Assembly: GCA_040954595.2 (NCBI GenBank)
Contig: CM082593.2
Span: forward strand, 7,724,043 to 7,788,042
Length of the DNA stretch: 64,000 nucleotides
DNA from: Balanoglossus misakiensis
Lineage: Eukaryota > Animalia > Hemichordata
Reading direction: 5' to 3'
Shown here: positions 13,717 to 26,400 of the stretch, in pieces
How positions within the stretch are numbered: position 1 is the stretch's first letter
Layout of the letters: the number at the start of each line of letters is the position of its first letter
Position numbers and translations under genes: made by a program
Notes under the pieces: model-generated
Database searches by the model: none
Seen by the model: only the letters and a program-made list of their open reading frames with translations
What the model was told of the DNA's origin: nothing

Positions 13717-15633
13717 GTAAGGAGACGTTTTATTCCGGATATAGAAAGGTTCAATTATTGATCAAGAAGCCATAGAGACAGTCCAAAGTCTGCGAACATT
13801 CTCAGGCTCCTCAATGCACAAACTTCACAAAGCCTTGGACAACTCGACGTCAAGTTTATGTCTGCTTATATGTGAAGTTTCTACTGGTATGGACAGTAGT
13901 TGGATGATAAGGTGCCTTCATGATATTACTCTTGCCTAATCCCGAGTCCCTCGCGATAATACATTGCTATTGTACATTTCTCATGACATACATGTATTGG
14001 CACCCAATTTAATTAACCTCACATACTCAGCAGGTAAATTAGGGTCAATGATTGTACCTCCTTTTAAGGTGGGGTTTGTGCAGATTGGTTTTGTGCACTT
14101 AAGAAGTTAAGTCATTGTTGTTACCATACTTACTAGTAATCCGAGGTCGGAATCATGTACCGTACAATAAGTTTATTGTTGAAGCACATTTCTGTATGGT
14201 AGCCCTAAGTTATGTAGCTCTGCGTACAGGTCTGTGTTTAATAGCTCTGAGACTGAGTTCGGATATAATAATAAGATTATTATTGTGGTTAGATACCTAT
14301 AGGCTACAGATAGTCCTGATGCTTCAATAATCTGACCTACATGTACTTTGATAATTTCTACTAACCTTGAACATTTTAGAGCCAATTATAAATGGTCACA
14401 ATTTACATGACAATTAATTTTCAATACAGTAAAAAATCTACATGTAGAGTGGTAGGATATATTATATTAAATGATACCGTATTATAATAATTACTCTGGT
14501 AAATTTATATTTTCAGCTCATCAAAACAATATGAACAGAGTTAACCTCATCATACTGCCAAAGAAAGTTTCAAGAACACTTGTTTACATCTCAACCAGCT
14601 GATTTCTACATCAAATTTGTGTCAACAAAACCATAGTGACAAGATATGTCCAACTGGTGTCTGCTACACAGTCTTTTTTGGTCTTTTTTGCTTCAAACAC
14701 ATTCTCTGCATACATTATAGTTCGAGTTCTGATTTTGTTGAATAATTCCAAAAATATTAATTGGCAGGGCCAAACAGAAAGGGTCTAGTGAATCTATAAT
14801 TATAGGTCATCCTTGCGTTGAGCAAATTGAAATTCAGGGTCAGCAGACTGCTCTAATCTAATTTGCAGTTTGACGAGATCTTGGAGGACACCCCTGTCCT
14901 TGTGACTGGATCACAACTTTTTAAAGAGAAAATTCCCCACATACTTGACACCAGCGATTGCTTGATATTTATAGTTTGCACATGTCTGACGTGTCAGTTT
15001 TGATATTTGATAGTGGTGACACCGTGCCAAAACATGTTGCATGTTTTCATTATGGATGCAGTAAATTCGTGGCATTGGGTCAGCGTGTGTTGCTGTTTAT
15101 CTGCTTGACCTGTTAGCTGTGTTGTGCGTGTGACCTCTAAAAACACTTCTGCCTTTGTGCATTAGGGGTGGACCATTTATATATGGGGGTGATCTTGGGG
15201 CTCCAGTTACCCCCTAATGGCCATTTTGGCAGTCAAAAAATTTCCAATGACAGTTGAACTGGGTAGCTATCCAAGAATTTTAGCACTGTGTTTTTTTTTT
15301 CCGATATGGGCTCTCCCATAGCACAGTACATGTACATTGTATCTGTGACTAATACATACAGTAGTGAGTACATAAGAACATGTATGGCATTAACTTTTCA
15401 CTATGTTTTCAGTATTTTTGTGTTGTGAAAATTTATTGTTCGCAAAAATTTCCTGTTTTACAGTACCATGGCCACATTTTGTAAATAACCCCATATTGTA
15501 TTTGTCTTTGAAGTATACAATAATTTACCTTTCGGTAGTATACTGAAGTTTTTTTTTCTCTTTATATACAGGAAAATTAAAGTACATGTAATATGAGATT
15601 TGAAGCTGATTGAGAGGGGAAAGTTTGAAAATA

Positions 15634-17283
15634 ATGAGTAGTCATAGCAACAGCAAGATGAAGACACTGTTTGTCAGCAGAAATGCAGTACGGATTGGCG
15701 GCATAGTGGGATTGTTGTCCTTCTTCTGGCTCATCTATATGATGAGCTGTTCTTCAAGCAGCAAGAATGGGATACAAGTCGGTGAACAGATCAGTCAGGA
15801 TATCGACGTGCCCTACAGGGTTAACCAAGAAATGCCGCAGAAGGAGTTCTATACGAACCTGATCGCTGAAAAGGAGGAGCAGCACCAGGCTGAGGTGGAT
15901 ACGTTGAAACGACAGATCAACGATCTCAAGGCGGAAATTATCCGGCAGGGGGAGAGGTATAGCTACATCGGAGACGCTAAGCACGGCGTGGAATTACAGG
16001 AAGACAAAGCAAAGGCCGCGATAGAGACCCAGGACAAAGTCCTCACTGACTACTTACAGCAGCAGATCAAAAAAGCCGAGAATCATCAACCACTCAAAGA
16101 TGAATACGAGGTCATCACATACAACAGCTTCACTTCGAAACTGGTTTATCACGTGGAGGGAGGGCTGTCGCACAGACCAGCAGACAAACCCAAAGCGGAT
16201 AAAAAGGAGGATTTGATCGAAGCCGTGTACAGCGCACTGGATATAATGAACGCCGAACGCAAGTCCCACCCGCCGTTCAGTGTGGAGAATTTTGTCGAGG
16301 GAATTTTCAGAACCCACCAGACGGTGGGATCCACGTACAGCCTAGTGTTTAAGAGCGAAAGCGACGGGCGATATTATCAGTTTGAATTGGTCCGGCCGTT
16401 TGCTCCGATTCAGAAACTTGGATCTGCTGTCTTCGACCCGAGGAAGCAGACAATCAATCTGATACTGCCATTATCAGGTAGAGTGGAGAAGTTCCAAAGT
16501 TTTCTCGAGAGGTTTCAACGAGTCTGTGTCAACATAGACAAGAACGTCTATCTCACAGTTGTGTACTTTGGATCAGAAGGATTGAGTGAGATACAGAAAG
16601 CTCTCAACACCATGTCCGTCGACTATAATTTTAAACAATTTCATTTTATAAATATTGACGGTGAGTTCTCCAGAGGAAGGGGTCTCGAAGAAGGCGTGAA
16701 AAGTTGGCAAGGAGACAACGTCATCTTGTTTTTCTGCGATGTCGACATTGCTTTCACGAGCGATTTTCTCGACCGGTGTCGGATGCACGCCAAAGCAGGA
16801 TCAAAGGTTTACTATCCTGTTGTGTTTAGTTTATTTAACCCAGCAATAGTGTATGAAGACAGTCCCGTCATACCCATTGAGGACGAACAGCTGCGTATAC
16901 ACAAAGACACGGGATTCTGGCGAGACTTTGGATTCGGGATGACGTGCCAGTACCGGTCGGATTTTGTCAGTATCAAAGGATTTGATGTGGACATCAAAGG
17001 ATGGGGGATGGAGGACACCCATCTGTATCGCAAGTACCTGCATTCGGATCTAGAGATGATCCGAGTACCGGATCGCGGAATTTTCCACCTCTACCATCCC
17101 AAGTACTGCGATCCAGCACTGACACCAGAGCAATACAAGGCTTGTATTGGATCCAAGGCACTGAATGAAGCCTCACACACACAGCTTGGAATGATGGCGT
17201 TCAAGTCGGAACTGCAAGCGCAGCTACAACAGACCAAAGCAAAATACCAACAAAGTAACCCAAATAATGCTGCCAAAGTTTGA
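15634..17283 (+). CDS. CSGALNACT1: Chondroitin sulfate N-acetylgalactosaminyltransferase (CSGALNACT1/2-like, GT7), about 549 aa, single coding exon
   Basis: Type II TM anchor (IGGIVGLLSFFWLIYMM), coiled-coil stem, then FSRGRGL, LFFCDVD (DxD), VYYPVVFSLFNP, GFWRDFGFGMTCQYRSDF, GWGMED and HLYHPKYC motifs typical of CSGALNACT. First in-frame ATG is 15634; a second is at 15658. Confidence 0.95.
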   Translation: MSSHSNSKMKTLFVSRNAVRIGGIVGLLSFFWLIYMMSCSSSSKNGIQVGEQISQDIDVPYRVNQEMPQKEFYTNLIAEKEEQHQAEVDTLKRQINDLKAEIIRQGERYSYIGDAKHGVELQEDKAKAAIETQDKVLTDYLQQQIKKAENHQPLKDEYEVITYNSFTSKLVYHVEGGLSHRPADKPKADKKEDLIEAVYSALDIMNAERKSHPPFSVENFVEGIFRTHQTVGSTYSLVFKSESDGRYYQFELVRPFAPIQKLGSAVFDPRKQTINLILPLSGRVEKFQSFLERFQRVCVNIDKNVYLTVVYFGSEGLSEIQKALNTMSVDYNFKQFHFINIDGEFSRGRGLEEGVKSWQGDNVILFFCDVDIAFTSDFLDRCRMHAKAGSKVYYPVVFSLFNPAIVYEDSPVIPIEDEQLRIHKDTGFWRDFGFGMTCQYRSDFVSIKGFDVDIKGWGMEDTHLYRKYLHSDLEMIRVPDRGIFHLYHPKYCDPALTPEQYKACIGSKALNEASHTQLGMMAFKSELQAQLQQTKAKYQQSNPNNAAKV

Positions 17284-17384
17284 ATATTAATTATCACATT
17301 TTTAGCTCTCAGATTTCATTTGTTGCTTATGGCAATCATTTTGCGCCTGTCTTCCTATCTGTCTCAGTGTCTGGTTGTATATAT

Positions 17385-17742
17385 ATGTGCGTGTGTGTGT
17401 GTGTGTGTGCATAGGTATATATTATGTATGTGTTCATGTATGTATGGACAGCCGTTATGTACCCAGTTTGTATGTTTGTATATGAGTATCATGTATGTAT
17501 GTATGTATGTACGTATGTACGTATGTAAGTATGAAACGCCGAATCGGGCCTTCGGCCCTCGCACGAAACGCCGAATCGATACACATTAGGCGCGAGGGAC
17601 TGTCGACAGTCTAGTATGTATGTATGTATGTATGTATGTACATGTATGTATGTATGTATGTACATGTATGTACAAAATGTATGTATGTATACGTACGTAC
17701 ATACACTTTACGTCCGTATGTACATACGTACGTACATACTTT
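17385..17742. repeat. Degenerate (GT)n/(GTAT)n microsatellite tract with a short GC-rich insert
   Basis: gtgtgt and gtatgtat arrays; the insert 17533-17610 carries gaaacgccgaatcg twice around gggccttcggccc. A similar (GTAT)n patch lies at 18710-18815. Confidence 0.85.
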
Positions 17743-17815
17743 TTACGAAGTAGTGCTCATTACAAAAGTAGAGCGAAATATAAAGTAAAGATAGTTGGAG
17801 AAACAAAAGGCGGTA

Positions 17816-17868
17816 TAATCTCTACAACGTTGTTTTGCGAGTCACTGGACTCACTCATCAGGAGACTA
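17816..17868 (-). ncRNA. Minimal type I hammerhead ribozyme (Penelope-like element type) with core G12>A, probably inactive
   Basis: Minus strand: uagucuc CUGAUGA gugaguc cagu gacucgc AAAA caacguug UA gagauua. This gives stem I, the CUGAUGA box, a 7-bp stem II, AAAA in place of GAAA, a palindromic stem III and a GUA cleavage triplet. Confidence 0.75.
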
Positions 17869-19496
17869 AACTGGCCAGATGGTCCTTCTGTGCGAGTAAT
17901 ACATTTGAAACATTTTTAGAGCTATTTTGCCCTGAGATATGATGCCATGACTGATTCCTTTCTGTGATTTCTTTATCCTGTAGGGACTATTGTTAAATAC
18001 AGCGACTTGTTTTCAGATAGTAAAATGTCAAATTAGATTTGTAAATCATGGTTACTTGATATGTTGTAAAAGATTAGATAATACAGCTAGTAGGATATGT
18101 GATGAATCAGATTAATAGAACTTGTAAGTAAAATCTGAAATGTCACAGATGTAATTATAGTCATAGAAATTCCAAACAATTTCCCTCCAGCAGTGTGCAT
18201 TTTTGGAGGTTGTCAATGAACAATGCAAATTTTTGCTCATGGTGCATTTTCTTCTTGAGCATTGTCCAGTTAGAAAAGTACTGAATACTTTGCAACGAAA
18301 AATGTCTTGCCACAAGAAACTGCATGTGCAAATGAAAATGTTTGAGTAAAAATAATTGTGTTCAACATGTTTTTTTTCCCTTTTGGCGGCCAACTGGGTA
18401 CTTACTGCCATTCAATACCACTGAGTGCCATACAATAGTGTTATTCAATCATGAACTCCATTAGTTCACTTTGCCAACAAACCATTATAGGGTCATCCAC
18501 GAAAATGTGCTTTTAAAAACTTCATGTGTAAAATCCTTGAGGGGGGGGAGGCTATCAGATTTTATTGCTCTTTGCTAATATATTTACATGTATTTGAAAA
18601 GAATAAAGCGGTTGGCAAATTCATGTGCTGCATCTCTGTGGTGTTTTGTATATCTGCAAGTTAGAGTTATTTATAAGTCACTCCGATTAAACAGCTCAGA
18701 AGTCTCTGCCTGTACATGTATGTACGTATGTATGTATGTGTGTATTATATGTATTTGTGTATGTACATGTATGTGTATTTATGAATGTATAATGTATATG
18801 TATGTATGCATGTACATTATGACTGACAGGATATTCATTGTCCATCATTACTCATCTCAAAATGCTAAAATTAAAATATTCATTAAGTTTAGATTCTATA
18901 GTGGTGACGACCATCCTGAAAATATTATTTATGAAGCCATTTCACAAATTTCTGAGAGAAGTGGCAAACGTTTAGAGAGGTGGTCGATAGAGGGCGCTTC
19001 CCCAATCTAGCCACGAACCCCCGTCCGTAACTATGCACTATTATAGCGCACCAACAAGTAGAATGACGTCACATGTCAAAATGCTAATTACCTACCACTA
19101 CTGGATGGGAAATAGTGTCTTTCATGGTAGTGTAAAGTGCACCGCCAACTTCAGCACTCAAAAAAACTTTCGATTCAGTCATACACTGTGATAGTGTTGC
19201 TGTACAAAGATATGACGTAAACCTAGTCCTTTAAGTTGGTGTAGCAAAAGTATGTCTTTGCCCTCCCCCTCTGACTTCGGCATTGGGGAGGCAAGTGCCC
19301 CCCCCCCCCCCGTTCCTACGCCCATGATTAGCACGATACATTGCATGCCCACAGGTGCATATATGTAAAACAAGACACGTATGGTTAGGTTGTAGGTAAT
19401 TCGTGATTTTTTCAACTTTCAACATCTTTTAATTACAATTCATTGAATGTGTCATGTGTCACCTTCCTTGTGAGACAAGTTACGCGCACATACGGG

Positions 19497-20484
19497 CTAA
19501 GGACGAGTCATAACTTCAACTTCGCACAGATGCATGATCTGTCTCTTGTCGACAAGTTGGATGCTGACGTAGCGCCCTCTCATCAGTGGCTGGCAACCAC
19601 ACTCGACGACAATCTTCCGACCCGGTTTCTTGATCATTTCGCCACATACAGGGTTCGCTTCAACGGTCGGAATGTCTCCAACACGAACCTGTGCATTCTT
19701 GATCCGAAATGCTGAGATGTAGACAAAAAAAAAATACAAAATACCATGTCATGCAAACCAGGTCTAAAAATTGTTAAACTGATTGAATGCTGTCTGTCTG
19801 TCTGTACATATTATATTATTATATTAGATGGTGTATACATCAGCATGACTGATATTTTCTGAGACATACCTAAAAATTCCAATTATAGTATTGTGCTGTG
19901 CTGTGATACAATAGTCAATAGCTAGGAACACTTTCGCTGTGATTAACGGGCAGACGTGCATTTTATACTAAATTCTTCAGTCACGGTTTCCTCAGTTAAC
20001 CAATCCTGTGAGAACTTTGTCATCGACAATTACAGCGATTTTTCGATGTGTTGTGACTTTAATTATTTTTTAAACTGCTAGCCCTGATGATATACCTTAG
20101 CTTTGCCAATGAAAATGAAGAAACCTTGTATTTCAAAGTGTCACATACACCATGGAGTTAGTCGTGCCGTGATTTCTCTTGCTCACTCTCTCTTTCTATG
20201 AAATGTAGACTTCTTTTTGGTACCTCCATGCATACACTTACCACAACAATCGCGTCGATTATAGATCACGACCTGGTATACGGTGTGTGTCTCCCCAAGG
20301 TCCACACTCCACCACGGTTGGAATTCTCTCAGTGTTTGTGTGCACGACTTTCCCACTTTCATGTTGGTATTTTGTATGCCATCCACCGCCTTCTCTGCAG
20401 AACCATCGACCTTTTCATTCGTGGAACTTTGTCGAACTTCTTTTCCCACGGCCACATTCACCAGGTCGCTTGGGGTCTCGCAAG
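19497..20484 (-). CDS. C-terminal F-type lectin (FTP/fucolectin) domain exons of the SRCR gene
   Basis: [13 protein letters not shown]...AEKAVDG...SCTQT...PWWSVDLG...[10 protein letters not shown]|AFRIKN...GRYVSIQ...HLCEVEV is the F-type lectin signature. Confidence 0.9.
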
Positions 20485-23400
20485 CTATCCAAGAGACCAG
20501 TATATTAATGGTATACCTAATAGATGCAAATTTACTATGCAAAATAGACATCTAGTGAATCAATTTCACTATAAACTTAGCATTTATTTCTACAATTATT
20601 TTTTTCCAGCACGACTAGTATAAGCTGATAAAAAAGTTTAAGCTTTAAATAATTTCTGATATGCTTTTAATTCTGTCTATAAAATGAAATTGCCTGATAG
20701 TATATCACAATAACACTTTTTATGACAAAAATGGCCCCAAAATCAAAGAAATAACAATACAGCCGAAAATTCCTTCTTATTTTGACTTCTACATGTGGCG
20801 GGATATCTTACAAATCACTTCTTGCAACAGATCGTTTCAAGTAAATATATTTCACGTTTGATTGGTTTGAGAATGGTTTGATAGCAATTATGTTAGTAAT
20901 AAAACATCCAATTTATTAATATCAGGTGCTTATTTAACTAATAAAACATCAAAACTATTGATACCAGGTACTTACGTGGCGTGGCAGTTGTAGGGGCCAA
21001 AGTGGTAGGAGCAGGTGTAGTTGGTGCTGCAGTTGTCGGAGGAATCGTTGTCGGTGGCGGAAGTGACGTTGTGTGCTGCATTGTTGTCGGTGGTGGAAGC
21101 GTAATAGGTGGACCTGGGCACGAAAGCAAAACACATACAGAATAGACATTATTGAATTTACTGTACTCTGAATCGTTAATATTATCCTACATAAGAAAGA
21201 AGGCTCAATACGTTGACCAGTAACATTTGTATCTTCATGGTAGACAGAGATCGCGAAATATCACATTTCTAGATATTACTAAGGACTTTCTCGAGAGCAC
21301 AAAATCACGAACAAAGTATAAGCTTTTATAGACTTGTGTGGCAAATCTAATACAACTGATTGCTTTGGTAACATTTGGGTCATGAAAATGTTTATAGGAG
21401 GAAAAAGTTGTTTTCTTGAAGTGTAGTAGAAACAACCCTTTGAGCTGAGTTTATTTACCTTCACAAGTGACGCCAGCATCTTCAGCGTGCTGACAGTTGT
21501 GAGTTCCCCAGGGTTCGTGAGCACACTCACTTAAACTTTGTTCCTCGCCATTACATCGTAATTCATCCAGCCATACTTGACCAGTTCCCTCTCCAAAGTG
21601 TGCAGTCAGGTGTGCTGTTCCACCGCTGCAAAAAATAAACTCGACATGAAATGTTTGAAGGCCTGTACTGGGTTGTACAATTTCGATGTCTCTGTTGCAC
21701 CAATTCCGTCTGTGTTGTGGCTTGTTAGATTAAATAGGCAAAGTCTCTCGCTGCCCCTTTTCCATTAATTATGTTTGATACAAGACACCGTTAATGTTAT
21801 TCTGCATGTGGATATAGAGTGAATCAGTGTTCAACTACACACAACTTCCATCCCGCTTGTAGACACAAGAGTGCAAAAAACTCGCCAAACTGAATAATCG
21901 GTGTTTACCGTTTATTCATTTTGGCGAAGCAGAGAAAGGGAGTAGTAACTTTGCTAACCTTAATCCAAGTTGACGGCACACCACGGCGGCATCAACGTCT
22001 TCAAAGTTGTCATCACACACAGTGCCCCATTTAGTTTCATGAAATATTTCGACAGTACCTTCTCGTCCAGCAGACCCACCGATCAGACGCACCTCGCCTT
22101 CCCTCGGAACTTGAAATATGAAATAAGTTTACGTGAAACTTACGCACAACTAAATATGCAAGTGATTTATAATTCCGACCATAATGCATGGATTAATCAT
22201 TAAGGCATTTCTTCCACGATCAATTCTCTGTTGTGTCATGCACATCTCAGTAACGTGCTCAATTTATTTCAGCTTGCTAATGGTGTTGCCAAAAAACTTT
22301 GTTCAGCTTGTTGGGGATTCGATACTGGCTCGAAGTAACAGTACTAGTGTCTATTATAGTCACATGTGTACAGGAAAGAATATTTGCATCAAATACTAAA
22401 GCTTGGTGGTCGATTAATTATGGCAAATTCAATTCTAGTGTCAAGTGACATGATTGACTGTTCAGCGAGAAAACAGTCTGTCAAAAAACTACTTTCCATT
22501 TCGCTATCGATCAATATTTTGAAGTATTTCAAACAGTAGTATCGATATATCTTGAAAATATATGTCCCTAAGATGGAAACGATTTTACATCCTTGTTAGA
22601 CTGATTCAGGTCTTGCACAAACATTTGCAGACTCTGATGTTCATTTTAAAGCTGATCTGGGGTCACATGGGACGCGAAAGACTCTGACAGACATAACGTA
22701 TTTCCTAGTTCTGAATAACACTGACCTTCACAAATTACACTAACATCTTCACCGTGATTACAGATGTGGACTCCCCAGTCATTTCTACTGCAGTCGGTTA
22801 AATCACCTTCTCTCCCGGTACAAGCAACGTTGTCCAACCATATTTGACCCTCGCCTTGCCCAAAACGGGCGTTATCACGTGCCTTTCCGCCTCTGAAATT
22901 AAGAAAGCGCAAATCTTGGAGACGTGGAAAGAAATGAACCGCCAAATAATAGTTTGGATTTAGAATTCCACTATTTCACTGCGTCAAAATCACCCCTTTA
23001 CCAGCAATAAACTGTGTCTCCGTTTCCCTTTTGGTTTCATATCATCATATTGAAATTTGACACATACAAAATTATTTTGTCATTATCAACACTGGTGTTT
23101 TAAGTGGGCCATATTGAAGTGTTGTTCCTATACATGTACCTCTTCTTCATATAGTAAACATGATTACACATTTCTCCTAATGAGTACAAAACACTGGTAC
23201 CATACCACAGCACAACACCATACCATACCACACCATGCATTACACTGTGACATTCTCGTTTGAAAATTTATGGTGCAGTACCAACAAACGCTACATTACC
23301 CGAATCCTAGCTTGCGGCAAACAACCATTGCGGCTTTATCGTCGAAGTTATTATCGCACACTGTGCCCCATTGGTTATTGTGGTATAGTTCTACACGTCC

Positions 23401-26400
23401 TTCGTAGTCCGAAGAACCACCTCGCAGGATGATTTCGCCCTCGTTTACAACTGTATGCAAAAATATACAATAAATACACGTCTGTCCAAAAATCTATCTG
23501 TCTATCAATCCAGTCTTCTGTCCTGCCACCCATCCCACACCATTATGCTAAAGAAGTTTTAGTGAACATCATTATTCGTAGTTATCATAAAATAACTTGT
23601 TTTGGGAAATGTTGGTATATACACTACATAACTCAAGAAAGGAACCTGTATCCTGTTCTTTGCATGTAAAATAAGATAAACGGTGTCTTGTATCAAACAT
23701 AATTAATGGGAAAATGGCAGCGAGAGAGAGAGACATTGTCCCTTTAATAAAATAAGAAGTGGGGTGAATACTTGGAACTCACTTGAACATGTCACGCTGG
23801 CATCTCTACTGTGCCCACAGATGTTATTTCCCCAACCACTGCTCTGACAACTGCTTAAGCTGCCTTCACTTCCATCACATCGAACATTACCGAGCCATAC
23901 TCGTCCCTCTCCTTCGCCAAAATGTGCACCAACAAATGCCGTTCCTCCTCTGAAAATAGACACAGTTAAACTATGAACGCTTGATTTTCAATCGATATTG
24001 CATCAATATCATTCAGTAGAAAATATGTTTAGGCAAACTAACACCAATGCAAAAAGAATAGTTTTTTTCCTATTTTAGTAAAATAAGTGCAGTCAAGCCC
24101 ATTCATTTTCAAAAGTTCATACAATCGGTCAAATATGATTCATCACTCAAATCATTGAGGATTCATCTTCATTGCTTCTTCAAAAAGTTGGAAACAATGT
24201 GTAACATCATATTGTTGGTAGAGATATATTTATCTCAAATACAGTAGAAAAGAATAATGACTATTTACCCATATCCCAATTGATGGCAAATTACAAACGC
24301 ATCGGTATCGTCAAAGTTGTTATCGCACACCGTACCCCATTCATCGTCGTGATAAATTTCAACACGGCCTTCCAGAGCTGTAGAGCTGCCCACTAAACGA
24401 AGTTGTACATCTACTGGGACTAAAGGTTTCAAATGAACACAGAATTATTGCAGAATAGTAAGAATACATCAGTTAGAATTTCGATTTGTGTGTAAGTTGG
24501 TATCTATGTACACCCATTCACGATGTTAAATTGTTTTTATGTTCGTTAGTTTTGCCTTTACTGATAACAGACATATGAATGCATGACCTCACGTGATACG
24601 TGATGAAACAATAATTCTTGGGGCACAAATTGTTTGGACGCTCACACGGATGCAGGCTTGGCTTGACAATTCTGTAGGAAACCAATCAATCTGATTAAAA
24701 TCAGATGTAGGGAACGGCGACGTATTTTACTTACGCGGTACGGTATTCTTATTCTGTTTCAATAAAGATTGTGATTGCTAAGTGATAAACCATCAAAACT
24801 TACCATCGCATGAAACTCCAGCATCTTCGGTATGACCGCAGTTTTTAACTCCCCAGCCAGGATTTGCACAGTCTTGCAATCTGCTTTCACTTCCTGTACA
24901 TCCAACATCATCCAACCATATTTGGCCTGTTCCTTGTCCGAAATGTGCATTTTGATATTGTGTGCCTCCCCTGTGAAATCAACTTAATGCGTCTTATACA
25001 CCACCCTCAAGCGACCAATATATTTAAGGTCAAACATTTGGGAGATGTTTTTATTTAATTGAGCTGAGTGGTTTAAACAAAAGTACATTAGGCCAAATAA
25101 AAAAATATGTGCTGTTCCGATTACCCGACCTACCCTAAATTTAGCCCGTCGACCCTAAACTTTTTACAGCTTCCTAAACCGGAAGTTAAAAAAAACAATG
25201 TCAAATATACAAAATTTATGAAAATTGCGAGAATCACGCAAGAACTATGACGTCATTCTTCTACACTACGGCGGCAAAAGATATAAAAAAAATAAAAAAT
25301 AAAAAAAATTCCCTACCTACCTACCTACCTACCTACCTACCTACCTACCATGTTTTTGAAAACCATGTTATCGGAACAGATCATATTATTTGTTTGGCCT
25401 TACTAAGAATTAGATAAATCTGTTCGTGAGACTCAGTAGACTCTGCGTGAAATTGTGCCTTTCATACAATTAATCGTCGCACTAACGAATGTCAACTGCG
25501 GTAAATAAACATAATCAGGATATACATACCAGAACCCAAGTTGGCGGCACACCACAGATGCATCAACATCTTCAAAGACGTCATCACAAACAGTGCCCCA
25601 TTCGTTTTCGTGAAATATTTCCACAGTGCCTTCATAAGTGGTAAAGGCGAATCTCACCGTCAACCGCAGCTTTGAAATGGGAAAAACGACTGGAGTCATT
25701 TTGCGATAGACGTAACATGGCAACTTGGTATCGACTTTGTGCGTCGGACAAAGTCAATCGTTTCTGATGGCTATAACTGGTAAACGCTCTCTGATTTCAT
25801 TTAAACTAGCCACAGGGCCAAAACATGTAGTAAACTATGAGAAGCTAAAATTATGACACGCATATACCCAATACTTTGCATTCTGTAATGTTATTGCTGA
25901 CACATCTTGTAAAAGTGTGTGCCACAATGATAAAAAAATATTTTCAATGACTAGGCCTACTACCACTGTAAAACAGCTTTCACTGCAAAATGCCTATTTT
26001 ATCTTGACCTCAGTGTACAATAGTATAGTGTTGGTATCAAATAGTCTGCTCTCTTGTGGCAGTAATCTGATCGGTTTTATTGTCAGAGTGTAATAAATTG
26101 GCGGATGTATATAATCTGAGAAAAAGGAAAATATCCCCCTTTTTCACTTACCTCGGCAGATCACACCTGCAGCGTCGTGGCTATGTTCGCAGTTATGTGA
26201 TCCCCAACCACTGTTCGGACAGCTACTCAGGGTCGTTTCTCGCCCAGTGCATACAAGATTATCCAGCCATACTTGACCATTGCCTTGCCCAAAGCGTGCG
26301 TTGTGTTGTGCCGAACCACCCCTGAAAAAGAATGGGGGGGGGGGGGTCCAATTACGCAAATCATTGAAATCATCATAGTTACTTCCAGTATCACTTCCAA

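Noticed and set aside
15754-17297. Several antisense ORFs over CSGALNACT, and antisense ORFs over SRCR and RNF213 exons
   Set aside because: Shadow ORFs of real coding sequence, with no independent motifs.
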